DNA of 51,193 nucleotides from an uncultured Bryocella sp. (GTDB lineage: Bacteria > Acidobacteriota > Terriglobia > Terriglobales > Acidobacteriaceae). Below are positions 37,281 through 47,744 of the stretch, piece by piece; the first letter of the stretch is position 1; each line of letters starts with the position of its first letter. The notes below the pieces were generated by a model. It saw only the letters and a list, made by a program, of their open reading frames with translations, was not told the DNA's origin and ran no database searches. Where the stretch lies: contig CAXTZL010000001.1 in the NCBI GenBank assembly GCA_964248555.1, positions 1-51,193 of the forward strand, read 5' to 3'. The translations under genes were made by a program, and so were the position numbers.

Positions 37281-38294
37281 ATGCCTAACTTCCCCCATCC
37301 CTCCGATCGCCAGGAAGCGATTGCGACCATCCTGAAAATCATCGGGGACCACAACCACTTTCTTGTCACCTCGCATGCCCGCCCGGATGGCGACGCGATC
37401 GGCTCCTCCCTGGCCGCCATGTATCTGCTCCAGGCACTCGGCAAAGAGGTCGTGGTGGCCCTGGCCGATCCTGTGCCGCGAACATTTGCCCACCTGCCCG
37501 GCGCCAGCCGCGTCGTACGCACCCAGCCTGCGATGGCTGCCGAGGTCGCCCTTGTGCTCGAATGCGATTCCGTCCAACGCACCGGCTTTGACCATATCGC
37601 CGCTCCACTCATCATCAACATCGACCACCATCGCAGCGGAACGGGTTATGCCGCCGTGAACTGGATCGAGCCAGCCGCCGCCGCCGTCGGTGCCATGCTC
37701 TACGACCTGGCTATCGCGGCAGGGGTGCCCCTCTCGCCCGAGTTCGCCACCTGTCTCTATGCCGCTCTCCTGACCGACACCGTTCGCTTCACCGTTCCCT
37801 CCATCACCGCCGAAACCTTCGCCCTGGCACACCAACTGGTCAGCCTCGGCGCGGACGCCGCCGGGGTCGCCGAGGCGGTCTACCATTCCGTTCGTCCCGC
37901 CAGGCTGCGGGTGATGGGAACTGCGCTGCTGCACCTCCAGATCGAAGGCCCCGTCGCCTGGAGCACCGTTACCCTCCACGAAATTCAGGCCGCGAACGCC
38001 GAGGTAGAGGACTGTGAGGACATCGTCAATCACGTGATCGGCGTGGAAGGCGTCTGCGCGGGAGCCTTCCTCCGCGAGCTGCAGGAAGGCCGCTACCGCG
38101 TCAGCCTGCGCAGCAAAGGCGAGGTCGACGTAGCCGAGGTTGCGGAAGGTCTCGGCGGCGGAGGACACCGAAACGCCAGCGGCTGCACCCTGGAAGGCCA
38201 TCTCGGCGAGATCACGGTCCAACTAACAGCCGCCCTACGCGCAGCCTGTGACAAAGCCGCAGTCTTACCCTCCCCCGAAGGGCGGAATGGCTGA
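37281..38294 (+). CDS. nrnA: DHH/DHHA1 oligoribonuclease / pAp phosphatase
   Basis: HARPDGDAIGS, NIDHH, LLTDT, RVSLRSK, GGGGHRNASG. Confidence 0.9.
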   Translation: MPNFPHPSDRQEAIATILKIIGDHNHFLVTSHARPDGDAIGSSLAAMYLLQALGKEVVVALADPVPRTFAHLPGASRVVRTQPAMAAEVALVLECDSVQRTGFDHIAAPLIINIDHHRSGTGYAAVNWIEPAAAAVGAMLYDLAIAAGVPLSPEFATCLYAALLTDTVRFTVPSITAETFALAHQLVSLGADAAGVAEAVYHSVRPARLRVMGTALLHLQIEGPVAWSTVTLHEIQAANAEVEDCEDIVNHVIGVEGVCAGAFLRELQEGRYRVSLRSKGEVDVAEVAEGLGGGGHRNASGCTLEGHLGEITVQLTAALRAACDKAAVLPSPEGRNG

Positions 38295-38393
38295 GACAAT
38301 CGGCTCTGGTAGGCTGGTTTCGCTTCGCCTGTGCCCCGGCTATCACCTGGCCTCCCAGCATGCGCTCCAGAAGCTAACGGATTCACCTAGCCC

Positions 38394-40220
38394 TTGACGC
38401 CCACCTCCCAATCCGTCGCCCCCGCGCCTGCTCCGGAGCAAACAAGTCTCCTGCCCGCCTGGCTGCTGGAGCTGCGCCGCACCGCCACCGTATGCGCCCT
38501 CCTCGAGTTCGCCGTGCTGCTCACCATCACGGCCTATTTCATGCTCTTCGGCCTCGTCCCCTACTTCGGCGGAGACCGCCTCGGCCTGGTCGGCGCTGAC
38601 GAGCCACGCTACGCCCAGATCGCCCGCGAAATGCTGGCCGCCCACTCCACTGACTGCCACGAGGTCCACGCCCGCGTCACCCCGCACAGCCTCCGGCCTC
38701 GCGACCTCCACGCCTCCTATGAGTGCCTGGTCGGTGGCACCGTCACGCCCATCCTCTACGGCAAGCCCTGGCTCGAAAAACCTGCCCTCTACTACTGGCG
38801 CGCCATGGGCTTCTTCAAGGAGTTCGGGGTCTCGGACTGGTCCGCGCGCTTGCCCTCCGCCTCCGGCGCCGCCTTCCTCATCATCCTTTCCTTTCTGCAC
38901 CTCCGGCGGTTCCGCCCTGGCGGTCACCTCGACGCCGCCCTGATCATGGCCTCCTCGGTCGCCATCGTCGGCTTCGCCCGCGGCGCCTCCACGGACATGC
39001 AACTCGCCGCACCCTTTTGCGTCGGCATGCTCGGCTGGTATGCCTGGTACGAAACCGGCAAAAAGTTCTGGCTCTTCGATCTTTACTTCTTCGGTGCCTT
39101 CGCCACCCTCGCCAAAGGTCCCGTCGCGCCCTTCATGGCCCTGGCGATCATCGTCGCTTTCCTGGGGCTGCGCAAGGAGTGGTCCGCGCTCCGCCGCACC
39201 ATCTGGCTACCGGGCATTCTGCTCTACTTCGCCATGGTGCTTCCCTGGTACATCGCCGTGCAGCGCCGCAATCCCGGCTTCTTCCGCGAATTCTTCCTCG
39301 ATCACAACCTCAAGCGCTTCAGCACCAATCTCTACCAGCACCATCAGCCCTGGTATTTCTACGGCATCGTCCTCGTGCTCGGCATGATGCCCTGGACCGC
39401 CCTTGCCCTGCGCGCCCTCTGGGACGCGCTCGGCACCTCCGTCACCGAGTGGAAGGTCCGCCGTCAGCCGCGCCGCTACATCGGCCATACCCGCGCCGGC
39501 GACGCCTTTCCCGAGTTCCTCGTTCTCTGGGCCGGCTTTCCGATCCTCTTCTTTTCCTTCTCCGGCTCCAAGCTCCCGGGCTACATCCTGCCCTCCATCC
39601 CGCCGCTGGCCATTCTCACCGGCGACTGGCTCTTCCGCACCCGCCGCCGCGGTCTTTCACCCTGGCTCCTGAACACGCACGCCCTGCTTACCGGATTTCT
39701 CACCTTCGTCCTTCTGCTCTGCCCGCAGTACATGGTCTATGAGCGCATCGTTCCCGCGGGCCGCACCTTCGCCTGGACCGCCGCTCTAGGGATTCTCTCT
39801 GCGGTTTCAATTCTTTTTGTGGTGCATACCTTTGGCGTTCGCCGCCTGCGCGCGATCACCCTTGTCCCCCTCGCCGGCTGCCTGTTTTTCCTTCTCGGCG
39901 TCAATGGCCGCCTGCTGGACCTCAACTACTCCGCACGTCCCCTGGCACGGGAAATTGCCTCTACCGCGCCAGGCGTTCATCAGGTAGCGACCCTCGATGT
40001 CCGCCGTGACCTTCGCTACGGCATGGCTTTCTACCGCAATCAGGACATCGCACAATATCGCGAAGATGGCGTACCAGACGACGAGCACGTGCTCGTCATT
40101 CCCACCCGCTACGCCTCCCTTCTACCCACCTGGCTAGGTGGTCGCATCTACCAGCAGTTGTTCCTGTACCCCACGCAGGGTCTCTCCGTATACCGCGTCC
40201 TTCCGCGAATCCAGCCATAG
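38394..40220 (+). CDS. ArnT/PMT-family (GT-C) membrane glycosyltransferase
   Basis: ADEPRYAQIAREM, WLEKPALYYW, WSARLPSA, STDM, LAKGPV, SKLPGYILP; multiple TMs. Confidence 0.88.
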   Translation: MTPTSQSVAPAPAPEQTSLLPAWLLELRRTATVCALLEFAVLLTITAYFMLFGLVPYFGGDRLGLVGADEPRYAQIAREMLAAHSTDCHEVHARVTPHSLRPRDLHASYECLVGGTVTPILYGKPWLEKPALYYWRAMGFFKEFGVSDWSARLPSASGAAFLIILSFLHLRRFRPGGHLDAALIMASSVAIVGFARGASTDMQLAAPFCVGMLGWYAWYETGKKFWLFDLYFFGAFATLAKGPVAPFMALAIIVAFLGLRKEWSALRRTIWLPGILLYFAMVLPWYIAVQRRNPGFFREFFLDHNLKRFSTNLYQHHQPWYFYGIVLVLGMMPWTALALRALWDALGTSVTEWKVRRQPRRYIGHTRAGDAFPEFLVLWAGFPILFFSFSGSKLPGYILPSIPPLAILTGDWLFRTRRRGLSPWLLNTHALLTGFLTFVLLLCPQYMVYERIVPAGRTFAWTAALGILSAVSILFVVHTFGVRRLRAITLVPLAGCLFFLLGVNGRLLDLNYSARPLAREIASTAPGVHQVATLDVRRDLRYGMAFYRNQDIAQYREDGVPDDEHVLVIPTRYASLLPTWLGGRIYQQLFLYPTQGLSVYRVLPRIQP

Positions 40221-40289
40221 CGACTCACACGTCGGCCGCGTAAGATGTACAACGCGTCACCCCTCCACGCCACTCCATCTCGGTAAGCC

Positions 40290-41345
40290 ATGTCAGCGCT
40301 CCCCCGGCAACTCGAAATGCACCAACCGAAACTCCCCCAGGTAGAAATCCTGGACCTGCGCCACTTCTCCGGCACGGCCCTGCGCCCGCTTCTCGAGCAG
40401 GAGGCTGCAATCTGGGAGCGGCGGCTGATCTGGGACTACTCCCGCTCCATCGATCTTCTCGGCGAATACCTCGACAACCGCTCCCTGACCGGCTACGTGG
40501 CCCTCAGGGCCGGAAAAGTGGCCGGCTACGTCTTCGGCGTCTGCGAAGCCAGCAAAGCGGTCCTCGGAGACGTCTATGCCTTCGGCGAAGGCGAACAGCA
40601 GACCAACCCCGTCTGCGCCACCCTGCTCGAGCACATGCTCGAAACCATGCAGGCGACCCCGGGCATCGACCGCATCGAATCGCAGCTGCTCCTGTTTCCC
40701 AGCGGCGCGTTACAAGGACCCTTTCTCACCCGGGGCCTGCACCCCTTTCCACGCCTTTTTATGCTCTGCGACCTCGCCGCAGCGAAATTCGGGCGCACGC
40801 CGGCTGAAGGCGCAACATCGCCACCCCGCACGGAGCTGACCCCGGTACCAGACACCTCACGCATCGAGCGCTGGAGCGCCGAAGCCTACGATGAGGTCGC
40901 CGGCCTCATCCACGAGGCCTACGTCGGCCATCCGGACAGCGAAATTAACGACCAGTACCGCACCCTGGCCGGCGCCAAACGTTTTCTGCACAATATCGTG
41001 CAGTTTCCCGGCTGCGGCGTGTTTGACGCCGCCGACTCCTGGCTTCTGCGTCACCCGCGCACCGGCGCTTTGCAGGGCGTCATCCTTTGCTCTCGCGTCC
41101 AGAACGAAGCCGTACACATTACGCAACTCTGTCTTCGCCACGGTGAACGCGGACGCGGCCTGGGTCACCTTCTGCTGACCCACTGCCTGGCAAAGCTCGC
41201 CGCCAATGGTGCCCGCACCGTCTCCCTCACGGTCACGGAAAGCAACACCCGGGCCCGCCACCTCTACGAGCGGCATGGCTTTGAAACGCTGCACCGTTTT
41301 GAAGCCTGGGTCTGGAACAAAAACGGCGTGCATCGGCCATCCTAG
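40290..41345 (+). CDS. GNAT family acetyltransferase (tandem domains)
   Basis: C-terminal RGRGLG and LTVTESNTRARHLYERHGF; N-terminal degenerate GNAT. Confidence 0.82.
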   Translation: MSALPRQLEMHQPKLPQVEILDLRHFSGTALRPLLEQEAAIWERRLIWDYSRSIDLLGEYLDNRSLTGYVALRAGKVAGYVFGVCEASKAVLGDVYAFGEGEQQTNPVCATLLEHMLETMQATPGIDRIESQLLLFPSGALQGPFLTRGLHPFPRLFMLCDLAAAKFGRTPAEGATSPPRTELTPVPDTSRIERWSAEAYDEVAGLIHEAYVGHPDSEINDQYRTLAGAKRFLHNIVQFPGCGVFDAADSWLLRHPRTGALQGVILCSRVQNEAVHITQLCLRHGERGRGLGHLLLTHCLAKLAANGARTVSLTVTESNTRARHLYERHGFETLHRFEAWVWNKNGVHRPS

Positions 41346-41407
41346 GCACCCCCAGGCACGCTGCCCGCTGCACGCCTCAGGCACGGCACAGGGATAAACC
41401 CGACAAC

Positions 41408-42931
41408 CTACTCCACATGGTAATTCGGCGCCTCGCGCGTGATCACCACGTCATGCACATGGCTCTCCCGCAAACCCGCCCCGGAAATGCGAATGAACCG
41501 GCCGTTCGCCTTCAACTCTTCCACCGTGGCGCAGCCAAGATAGCCCATGCCGGACCGTAATCCACCCACCAGCTGAAACACCATGTTCTGCAGCGGTCCA
41601 CGGTGCGGTACCCGGCCTTCAATCCCCTCGGGAACGAACTTTGCCAGCCGGTTTCCGCCCGCGTTCTCCGGCTTCGTCAGGTCCAGCCTTTCGGTGGAGT
41701 CCCCCGTCAGGTCTTCCCTGCTTTGGAAGTATCGTTCGCCCGAGCCCTGCGCCATCGCGCTCAAGGAACCCATCCCGCGATACGCCTTGAACGATCGTCC
41801 CTGGTACAGGATCGTCTCGCCCGGCGACTCATCCACCCCGGCAAACAGCGATCCCATCATGCAAACATCCGCGCCGGCGGCTATGGCCTTCGTGATATCA
41901 CCCGAATACTTAATCCCGCCATCGGCAATGATCGAAACCCCGCGCTCCCGCCCGGCCCGCGCCGCCTCCGCGATGGCCGTGATCTGCGGCATTCCCGCGC
42001 CGGTCACCATCCGCGTCGTGCAGATCGACCCCGGCCCAATGCCCACCTTGATCGCGTCGGCCCCGGCATCCATCAGCGCCAGCGCGCCCTCATACGTCGC
42101 CACATTCCCGGCCAGTAGATCCACGTTCGGAAACCGCGCCTTGCACTCCCGCACCGCCTCCAGCACCCGCGACGAGTGCCCATGCGCGGAGTCAATCGCC
42201 AGCGCGTCTACACGACTCTCAATCAGCGCCGCCGCCCGCTCCAGAAAGTCGCCCGTCGCGCCAATCGCCCCCGCAACCCGCAACCGCCCCTGCTCATCCT
42301 TGCAGGCATTCGGGTACTTCAGCTTCTTTTGAATATCCTTCACCGTGATCAGGCCTTTCAACTCATAGGCATCGTTGACCACCAGCAGCTTTTCCACCCG
42401 GTGCTGGTGCAGAATCTCTTCCGCATCCTCGAGCGTGGTCCCGACAGGCACCGTGATCAGGTTCGCCTTGGTCATCACATCGCCGATCGGAATATCGGTC
42501 CGCTGCACAAACCGCAGGTCGCGATTGGTCAAAATGCCGACCAGTTTGGCCACCTTCGTCACCGGCACGCCGCTGATCTTGTAGCGCCGCATCACCTCCA
42601 GCGCATCGGCAACCAGCCGCTCCGGCTCGATCGTCACCGGGTCGACGATCATCCCACTCTCGGACCGCTTCACCTTGTCAATCTCGCCTGCCTGCGCCTC
42701 GATGGATAAATTCCGGTGCACGACTCCAAGTCCGCCCTGCTGCGCCATCGCAATCGCCATGCGGCTCTCCGTCACGGTATCCATGGCGGCCGACATCAAT
42801 GGAGTGGCCAGGGTGATGCGCTTGGTCAGGCGGGTTTGCGTGCTCACCTGCGTGGGCACAACCTCGGAATAGGCGGGAACGAGTAGAACGTCGTCAAAAG
42901 TCAGGGCTTCGGAAAGAGGGCTACTAAGCAT
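41408..42931 (-). CDS. guaB: IMP dehydrogenase with CBS pair
   Basis: [55 protein letters not shown]. Start moved to ATG 42931. Confidence 0.97.
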   Translation of the reverse strand: MLSSPLSEALTFDDVLLVPAYSEVVPTQVSTQTRLTKRITLATPLMSAAMDTVTESRMAIAMAQQGGLGVVHRNLSIEAQAGEIDKVKRSESGMIVDPVTIEPERLVADALEVMRRYKISGVPVTKVAKLVGILTNRDLRFVQRTDIPIGDVMTKANLITVPVGTTLEDAEEILHQHRVEKLLVVNDAYELKGLITVKDIQKKLKYPNACKDEQGRLRVAGAIGATGDFLERAAALIESRVDALAIDSAHGHSSRVLEAVRECKARFPNVDLLAGNVATYEGALALMDAGADAIKVGIGPGSICTTRMVTGAGMPQITAIAEAARAGRERGVSIIADGGIKYSGDITKAIAAGADVCMMGSLFAGVDESPGETILYQGRSFKAYRGMGSLSAMAQGSGERYFQSREDLTGDSTERLDLTKPENAGGNRLAKFVPEGIEGRVPHRGPLQNMVFQLVGGLRSGMGYLGCATVEELKANGRFIRISGAGLRESHVHDVVITREAPNYHVE

Positions 42932-43068
42932 ACCGTTCCCGAGATTGTAGTCCCCCACAAAGGTGGTACGGCGATCTCGTCGGGGCCATTGCACCCGTTC
43001 CGCGAAGAACGGCAGCATATCTCTCACGGGATGCACATCTCGCCGGAACAGAAACGAGGAGAAAAACC

Positions 43069-43899
43069 ATGCTTCCGCAGGTTTTACAGGACCCGCTTGA
43101 CAAGGCAAAAGGAGCCGGTTGCGGCGCCTGTCAGGATGACAGCAATGCCTTCCCGCTTGCGCTTACGATGGCCTTTCAGCCCATCGTCAACACCGCCAGC
43201 CGGACCGTTTACGCCTACGAAGCCCTGGTGCGCGGCGTAAACGGCGCCTCCGCCGCGGAGGTGCTGGCCAGGGTCACCGCGGACAACCGCTACTCCTTCG
43301 ATCAGGCCTGCCGCGTCAAGTCGATTGAGCTCGCCTCCCGCCTCGGCATCGCCGAAGGCGGCGCCCGGCTGTCCGTAAACTTCATGCCCGGCGCCGTGTA
43401 CAGTCCGGCCGCCTGCATTCGCCGCACCCTGGAAACCGCACAGGAATGCGGCTTTCCCCTCGATCACATCATCTTCGAGCTGACCGAAAACGAGCAGATT
43501 GACCCGGCTCACCTGCAGGGCATCGCGAAGGAATACAACCGCCACGGCTTCACGCTCGCCCTGGACGACTTCGGAGCCGGCTACTCCGGACTAAACCTGC
43601 TGGCAACCCTCGAAGGAATCGACCTGGTAAAGCTGGACGGCACGTTGGTACAAGCCGCCGCCCGGAGCGACCGAGCCGCCCTGATCGTAGCCTCTGTCGC
43701 TTCCCTATGCGCCAGCCTTGGGATCGAAGTCTTGGGCGAGTGCGTCGAAACTCTCGAGCAATATGCAATCTTGCAACGTTGCGGAATCCACCTGATGCAA
43801 GGCTATCTCTTCGCGAAACCGGCCATCGCACGGCTGCCCTCCGTGAACTGGCCAGAGCCTGCCTTCACTGCCCCGGCGATCACCCTGGACCACAGATAA
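43069..43899 (+). CDS. Stand-alone EAL-domain c-di-GMP phosphodiesterase
   Basis: [41 protein letters not shown]; SD GAGGAG. Confidence 0.9.
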   Translation: MLPQVLQDPLDKAKGAGCGACQDDSNAFPLALTMAFQPIVNTASRTVYAYEALVRGVNGASAAEVLARVTADNRYSFDQACRVKSIELASRLGIAEGGARLSVNFMPGAVYSPAACIRRTLETAQECGFPLDHIIFELTENEQIDPAHLQGIAKEYNRHGFTLALDDFGAGYSGLNLLATLEGIDLVKLDGTLVQAAARSDRAALIVASVASLCASLGIEVLGECVETLEQYAILQRCGIHLMQGYLFAKPAIARLPSVNWPEPAFTAPAITLDHR

Positions 43900-44005
43900 C
43901 CCGCCCGCAAAGATAGCTACGGCAAAGGTTGGCCACGGCTGCACGCAAGACAGGCCACATTGCCGGATCCCGAGGTAGATCTTTCCTGTCTAGGGAGGGA
44001 ACTGG

Positions 44006-45166
44006 TCAGCGCAACGGGCTCTGAAAGTCTGAAAAGTCCGGAAAAACCGAAAAACCATTTGCCTCGGCCGACTCCACCGCACGCCCTGCCAGCGCCTGCC
44101 CAAATCCGGTCTGCGGAGCGCGAACCTGTCCCGGACGAACTTGTCCAGCATCGGCCAACACCCCTGCAGGTACACCGGCCATCTCCGGCCGCGCGGTCGA
44201 GGCCACGGTCAAATCCAGAACAGGCGCATCCTTCGGGACCGAGAATCGGCCCCGTCCAACATAAGCAACCAGCACAACCGCAGTGACATGCGGCGAAAGC
44301 AGCACCAGGGGCACGCCATACCGTTTGATCAAGCTTTCCGTCACACCCTCCACCCCAACCGAGCGGGGCAGATCGCCGGGAACCTGCCGAATCTGAAATA
44401 CCTGGAAACCGGTTTCGGGGTGCTTTTTCGCATAAAGGGTCAGGCTGCGCGCCACCGCTTTGGGCGTCGTCAGCCCAAAGTCCGCCACCAGGTTGCGCCG
44501 TATGGCGTGCGGATACAGGCGGTCCACCGTGACCCGGACGAAATCCGCACAGTTCCGGAAAGCCCCGTTATACCGGGTCACATTGGGCCGGTCGTTGAAA
44601 AGGGCAATGATCGCCCCGTCCTGATCCGCAGTCGTTTCCACCTGAAATCCATAAATGGTCCGGTCATAGGCTGAACCCACGAGCTCATACCAGTTCCCGC
44701 CCGGCATCCCGCCCGCCTCGTTGTCCGGCGCCACGGACTCCAGGTGCTCCCGGCGGTACAGATCACGCAGGCGCAACACCGTAAGCCGGTCCATGCGGGG
44801 CGGAACCTCCCCTGCCGTGTCAACCGCATACAAATAAGGCACAATCGGCACCGCAACCCAGTCCAGCGTGCCAATACCGTCGTAGCGGCTGATCACAACA
44901 CCCTGTTCGCCGGGGCCGCACACGCGCAGTCGAACCGGGGTATCCGCACAAATATGATCAAAATAGAGCGCTGCGTGACCCGTTGGATTAAAGGTCCCAA
45001 GCTGCCCATAAGGCTGTTCCAACAAAACAGCGACCGACGCCCCCGACGCCCGCGCGCCGAGCACGCAGCAGACGAAGGCAGTCCAGAGCAGCACCCGGAC
45101 TGGATTGAAAGAAAACACCATCCATCCGCCGTTACCAAAGGTTGACTCTTTAGCTTGGTTTCTCAT
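44006..45166 (-). CDS. Exported hypothetical protein with permuted papain-like His...Cys motifs
   Basis: Signal peptide; TGHAALY and YNGAFRNCADF. Confidence 0.65.
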   Translation of the reverse strand: MRNQAKESTFGNGGWMVFSFNPVRVLLWTAFVCCVLGARASGASVAVLLEQPYGQLGTFNPTGHAALYFDHICADTPVRLRVCGPGEQGVVISRYDGIGTLDWVAVPIVPYLYAVDTAGEVPPRMDRLTVLRLRDLYRREHLESVAPDNEAGGMPGGNWYELVGSAYDRTIYGFQVETTADQDGAIIALFNDRPNVTRYNGAFRNCADFVRVTVDRLYPHAIRRNLVADFGLTTPKAVARSLTLYAKKHPETGFQVFQIRQVPGDLPRSVGVEGVTESLIKRYGVPLVLLSPHVTAVVLVAYVGRGRFSVPKDAPVLDLTVASTARPEMAGVPAGVLADAGQVRPGQVRAPQTGFGQALAGRAVESAEANGFSVFPDFSDFQSPLR

Positions 45167-45297
45167 CTCGAAAAACGGCTCCGTCTCTCAACGGTGCGTT
45201 CCCACTTTAGATGCAGAGCTTCCACGAAGGCTTAAACCGGTCCCACGGACAAATGTCGCTCACCGAAGCCCGAAAATCTGCCGGATAATCAAACCTG

Positions 45298-45918
45298 ATG
45301 CCGACGTCCTCCACATCCTCTCCGAAAACGGTCGTTCTGGCCATCACCGGCGCCAGCGGCTCTCTCTGTGCCCGCGTCATGCTGCAGGCCCTGGATGCGG
45401 ACGATCGCGTGGGCCGCATTCACCTCATCACCTCGCCCAGTGCCCTGCGTGTGCTCGCCGAAGAACTCGCCGTAAACGGCCGCACCGACCTCGTAGCGAA
45501 ACTACTCGGGCACGCCTCCGCAAAGGTCATCACGGAAGCCCACGAGAATATAGGGGCCGCTGTGGCCAGCGGATCCTACCCGGTCGACACCATGATCGTT
45601 CTTCCCTGCTCCATGGGGACTCTCGCCGCCATAGCGCACGGCCTTGCCGCCAACCTCACCGAGCGCGCCGCCGACGTCTGCCTGAAGGAACGACGGCCCC
45701 TCATTCTCTGCGTCCGCGAAACCCCGCTGAACCTCATCCACCTGCGCAACATGGCCGCGGTGACCGAGGCAGGGGCAACGGTCTTCCCGGTAATCCCCGC
45801 CTTTTATGCCGGCCCGCAGACCGTCACCGAGGTCGTGAGCACGTATGTTCAACGCATTCTGCAGTACGTTGGCCTGCCACAGACCGGGGCCTACCAATGG
45901 GGTGCCGACTCCAACTAG
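45298..45918 (+). CDS. ubiX: Flavin prenyltransferase
   Basis: AITGASG, ASGS, PCSMGTLAAIAHG, RAADVCLKERR, RETP, PAFY; GATAAT 8 nt upstream. Confidence 0.93.
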   Translation: MPTSSTSSPKTVVLAITGASGSLCARVMLQALDADDRVGRIHLITSPSALRVLAEELAVNGRTDLVAKLLGHASAKVITEAHENIGAAVASGSYPVDTMIVLPCSMGTLAAIAHGLAANLTERAADVCLKERRPLILCVRETPLNLIHLRNMAAVTEAGATVFPVIPAFYAGPQTVTEVVSTYVQRILQYVGLPQTGAYQWGADSN

Positions 45919-45944
45919 ACCACCTCCGCGCAGCCAGCTTCAGC

Positions 45945-46907
45945 TCAACGATGCATATTCGTCAGGGTACGAACCCCGCCCTCGGGCGGAGGATTGGCCT
46001 TCAGGAAATCCGCTACCGCCGGTGCCACCCGCCCAGCGCACAATGCGGGCTCCAGATGACCGCAACCCTCGACAATGTCCAGCTCCGAACGGGGATCCAG
46101 AGCGTGCATCCGCTGCCCCACCTGCAGGGGTATGAGTCGATCCACGCTGCCCCAGACAATCAGCAGCGGTTCCGGGATCTGCGGGATCATCGCCTCCAGC
46201 GTCCGCCCCTGCAGCATCGATGCCATGTTCTTGCTAACTGCTAGGCTGACATCCTCCTGCTGTCGCACGACCGCTTGCCGCACATTCTCCGGCAAGGGCT
46301 TCGCCTCCGGCTCCAGCAGGGACCAAAGCCGGGCCACTTCGGCCGGCGTCTTAGGCTGGAGCACGCTGAAGGGGTAATCCGGTTTAAAGGTCAAGGCCGC
46401 ACCGTCGAAAACCACCACGCGATTCACCAGCTCAGGGTGCGCATGCGCCAGGTCCAGCGCAATCCATCCACCCATGGACCAGCCACCGACATCGGTTCGC
46501 TGCAGCCCCAGCGACTGGATAAAATCGTCAACAAACCGGGTCTCGCCCGCCATCGTGTAATCGCCATTCTCCGGTTTCGGCGACCGTCCATACCCAAGTA
46601 AATCCGGAGCATACACGTGGAACCCCGCACCCTTCAGGCGCTTCAGCATCGGTGCCCAGCTCTCATCGCGGTCACCCAAACCGTGAATCAGCACCACCGG
46701 AATCCCACCACCCGGAATACTCGATTCCGCCTCGTAATAGTGAACGCGGCCTTCCGGGGTCAGCACATAGTTGCTTTGCACGTGGGCCAGAAACAGGTCC
46801 GCATGGGTCACCTGCCTCTCCGTCCACAAAGGCACACGCCAAAGGAGCACGCCGGCTACGACGAGGAGCATGACTACGATCAAAACCAGGCGACCCAAAA
46901 CTTTCAT
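45945..46907 (-). CDS. Alpha/beta-fold hydrolase with N-terminal membrane anchor
   Basis: LIHGLG, DLLGYGRS, GWSMGG, WGSVDRLIP, CGH. Confidence 0.9.
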   Translation of the reverse strand: MKVLGRLVLIVVMLLVVAGVLLWRVPLWTERQVTHADLFLAHVQSNYVLTPEGRVHYYEAESSIPGGGIPVVLIHGLGDRDESWAPMLKRLKGAGFHVYAPDLLGYGRSPKPENGDYTMAGETRFVDDFIQSLGLQRTDVGGWSMGGWIALDLAHAHPELVNRVVVFDGAALTFKPDYPFSVLQPKTPAEVARLWSLLEPEAKPLPENVRQAVVRQQEDVSLAVSKNMASMLQGRTLEAMIPQIPEPLLIVWGSVDRLIPLQVGQRMHALDPRSELDIVEGCGHLEPALCAGRVAPAVADFLKANPPPEGGVRTLTNMHR

Positions 46908-47014
46908 ACCGCGCTCGTGTGCCTCTTCCCCGGCACTTGTGCGCGCCGATCATGCTGCTGTGATGCAGATCCGTCCAGCCTGCCAGGTGTACGCCGATCC
47001 CTGCTGCATCTGCC

Positions 47015-47662
47015 CTAACGCAACGGCTTCCCAAACTCCTCGCCAAAAACCGTGTGCGACAGCTCGAAGCGCCCGCCGTCGAACTTGTCCGGCCCCTGCA
47101 GGCGCCCTACAGCCAGCAGGGCAACCACCCGGTAGCTCAACGGCAATCGAAGCATTTCACACACCTTCTGCTGCTCAAACCCCTCCATGGGCGCGGTGTC
47201 ATAGCCCAACGCCTCCGCCATCAGCATCATGGAGGTATAGGCCAACATCACCTGCCGTGTGAGCCAGCCCGTCATTTGCTCCTCATTGAAAGAAGACACA
47301 TACGCTGGCACGCTCTGCGCCGCCTGCGCCGCATAGCTTTCCGGCATACCGGCCGCCCGCCCCAGCCGCAGCATCTCTTCCAGATCGCGTCGCCACCCAT
47401 CGCGATCGCCACAGGCCACGATTACCGCGGAGGCCTCTTCCACCTTGGCCTGGTTATAAGTGGCCGCGCGCAGCCGCCGCCGCTGTTCCGGGTGCTGCAC
47501 CACAACAAAGCGCCAGGGCTGCAGGTTATAGCCGCTGGGAGCCTGTAAGCCGGCGTCCAGTATCTGGCGAAGATCGCTGGCGGGAATCGGTTCTCCTGTA
47601 AAACTCGGGGTCGACCGCCGCTCCCGGATTGCCTGCGCCAGTGTTTTCATCTCCGTCGCCAT
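47015..47662 (-). CDS. Nitroreductase family protein
   Basis: RRSTPSF, APSGYNLQPWRF, GYDTAPMEGF; SD AAGGAG. Confidence 0.92.
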   Translation of the reverse strand: MATEMKTLAQAIRERRSTPSFTGEPIPASDLRQILDAGLQAPSGYNLQPWRFVVVQHPEQRRRLRAATYNQAKVEEASAVIVACGDRDGWRRDLEEMLRLGRAAGMPESYAAQAAQSVPAYVSSFNEEQMTGWLTRQVMLAYTSMMLMAEALGYDTAPMEGFEQQKVCEMLRLPLSYRVVALLAVGRLQGPDKFDGGRFELSHTVFGEEFGKPLR

Positions 47663-47744
47663 GAAACTCCTTGCACCCGGACCTGCTGCGAAATCTGCTG
47701 AAAGCCTCTGCCCCGGTCTTCTTGTTGCATAAGCCTGTCCGGCA

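Noticed and set aside
44023-44057. GAAAAGTCC/GAAAAACC short imperfect repeats
   Set aside because: Short low-complexity tract in a gene tail; no spacer structure.
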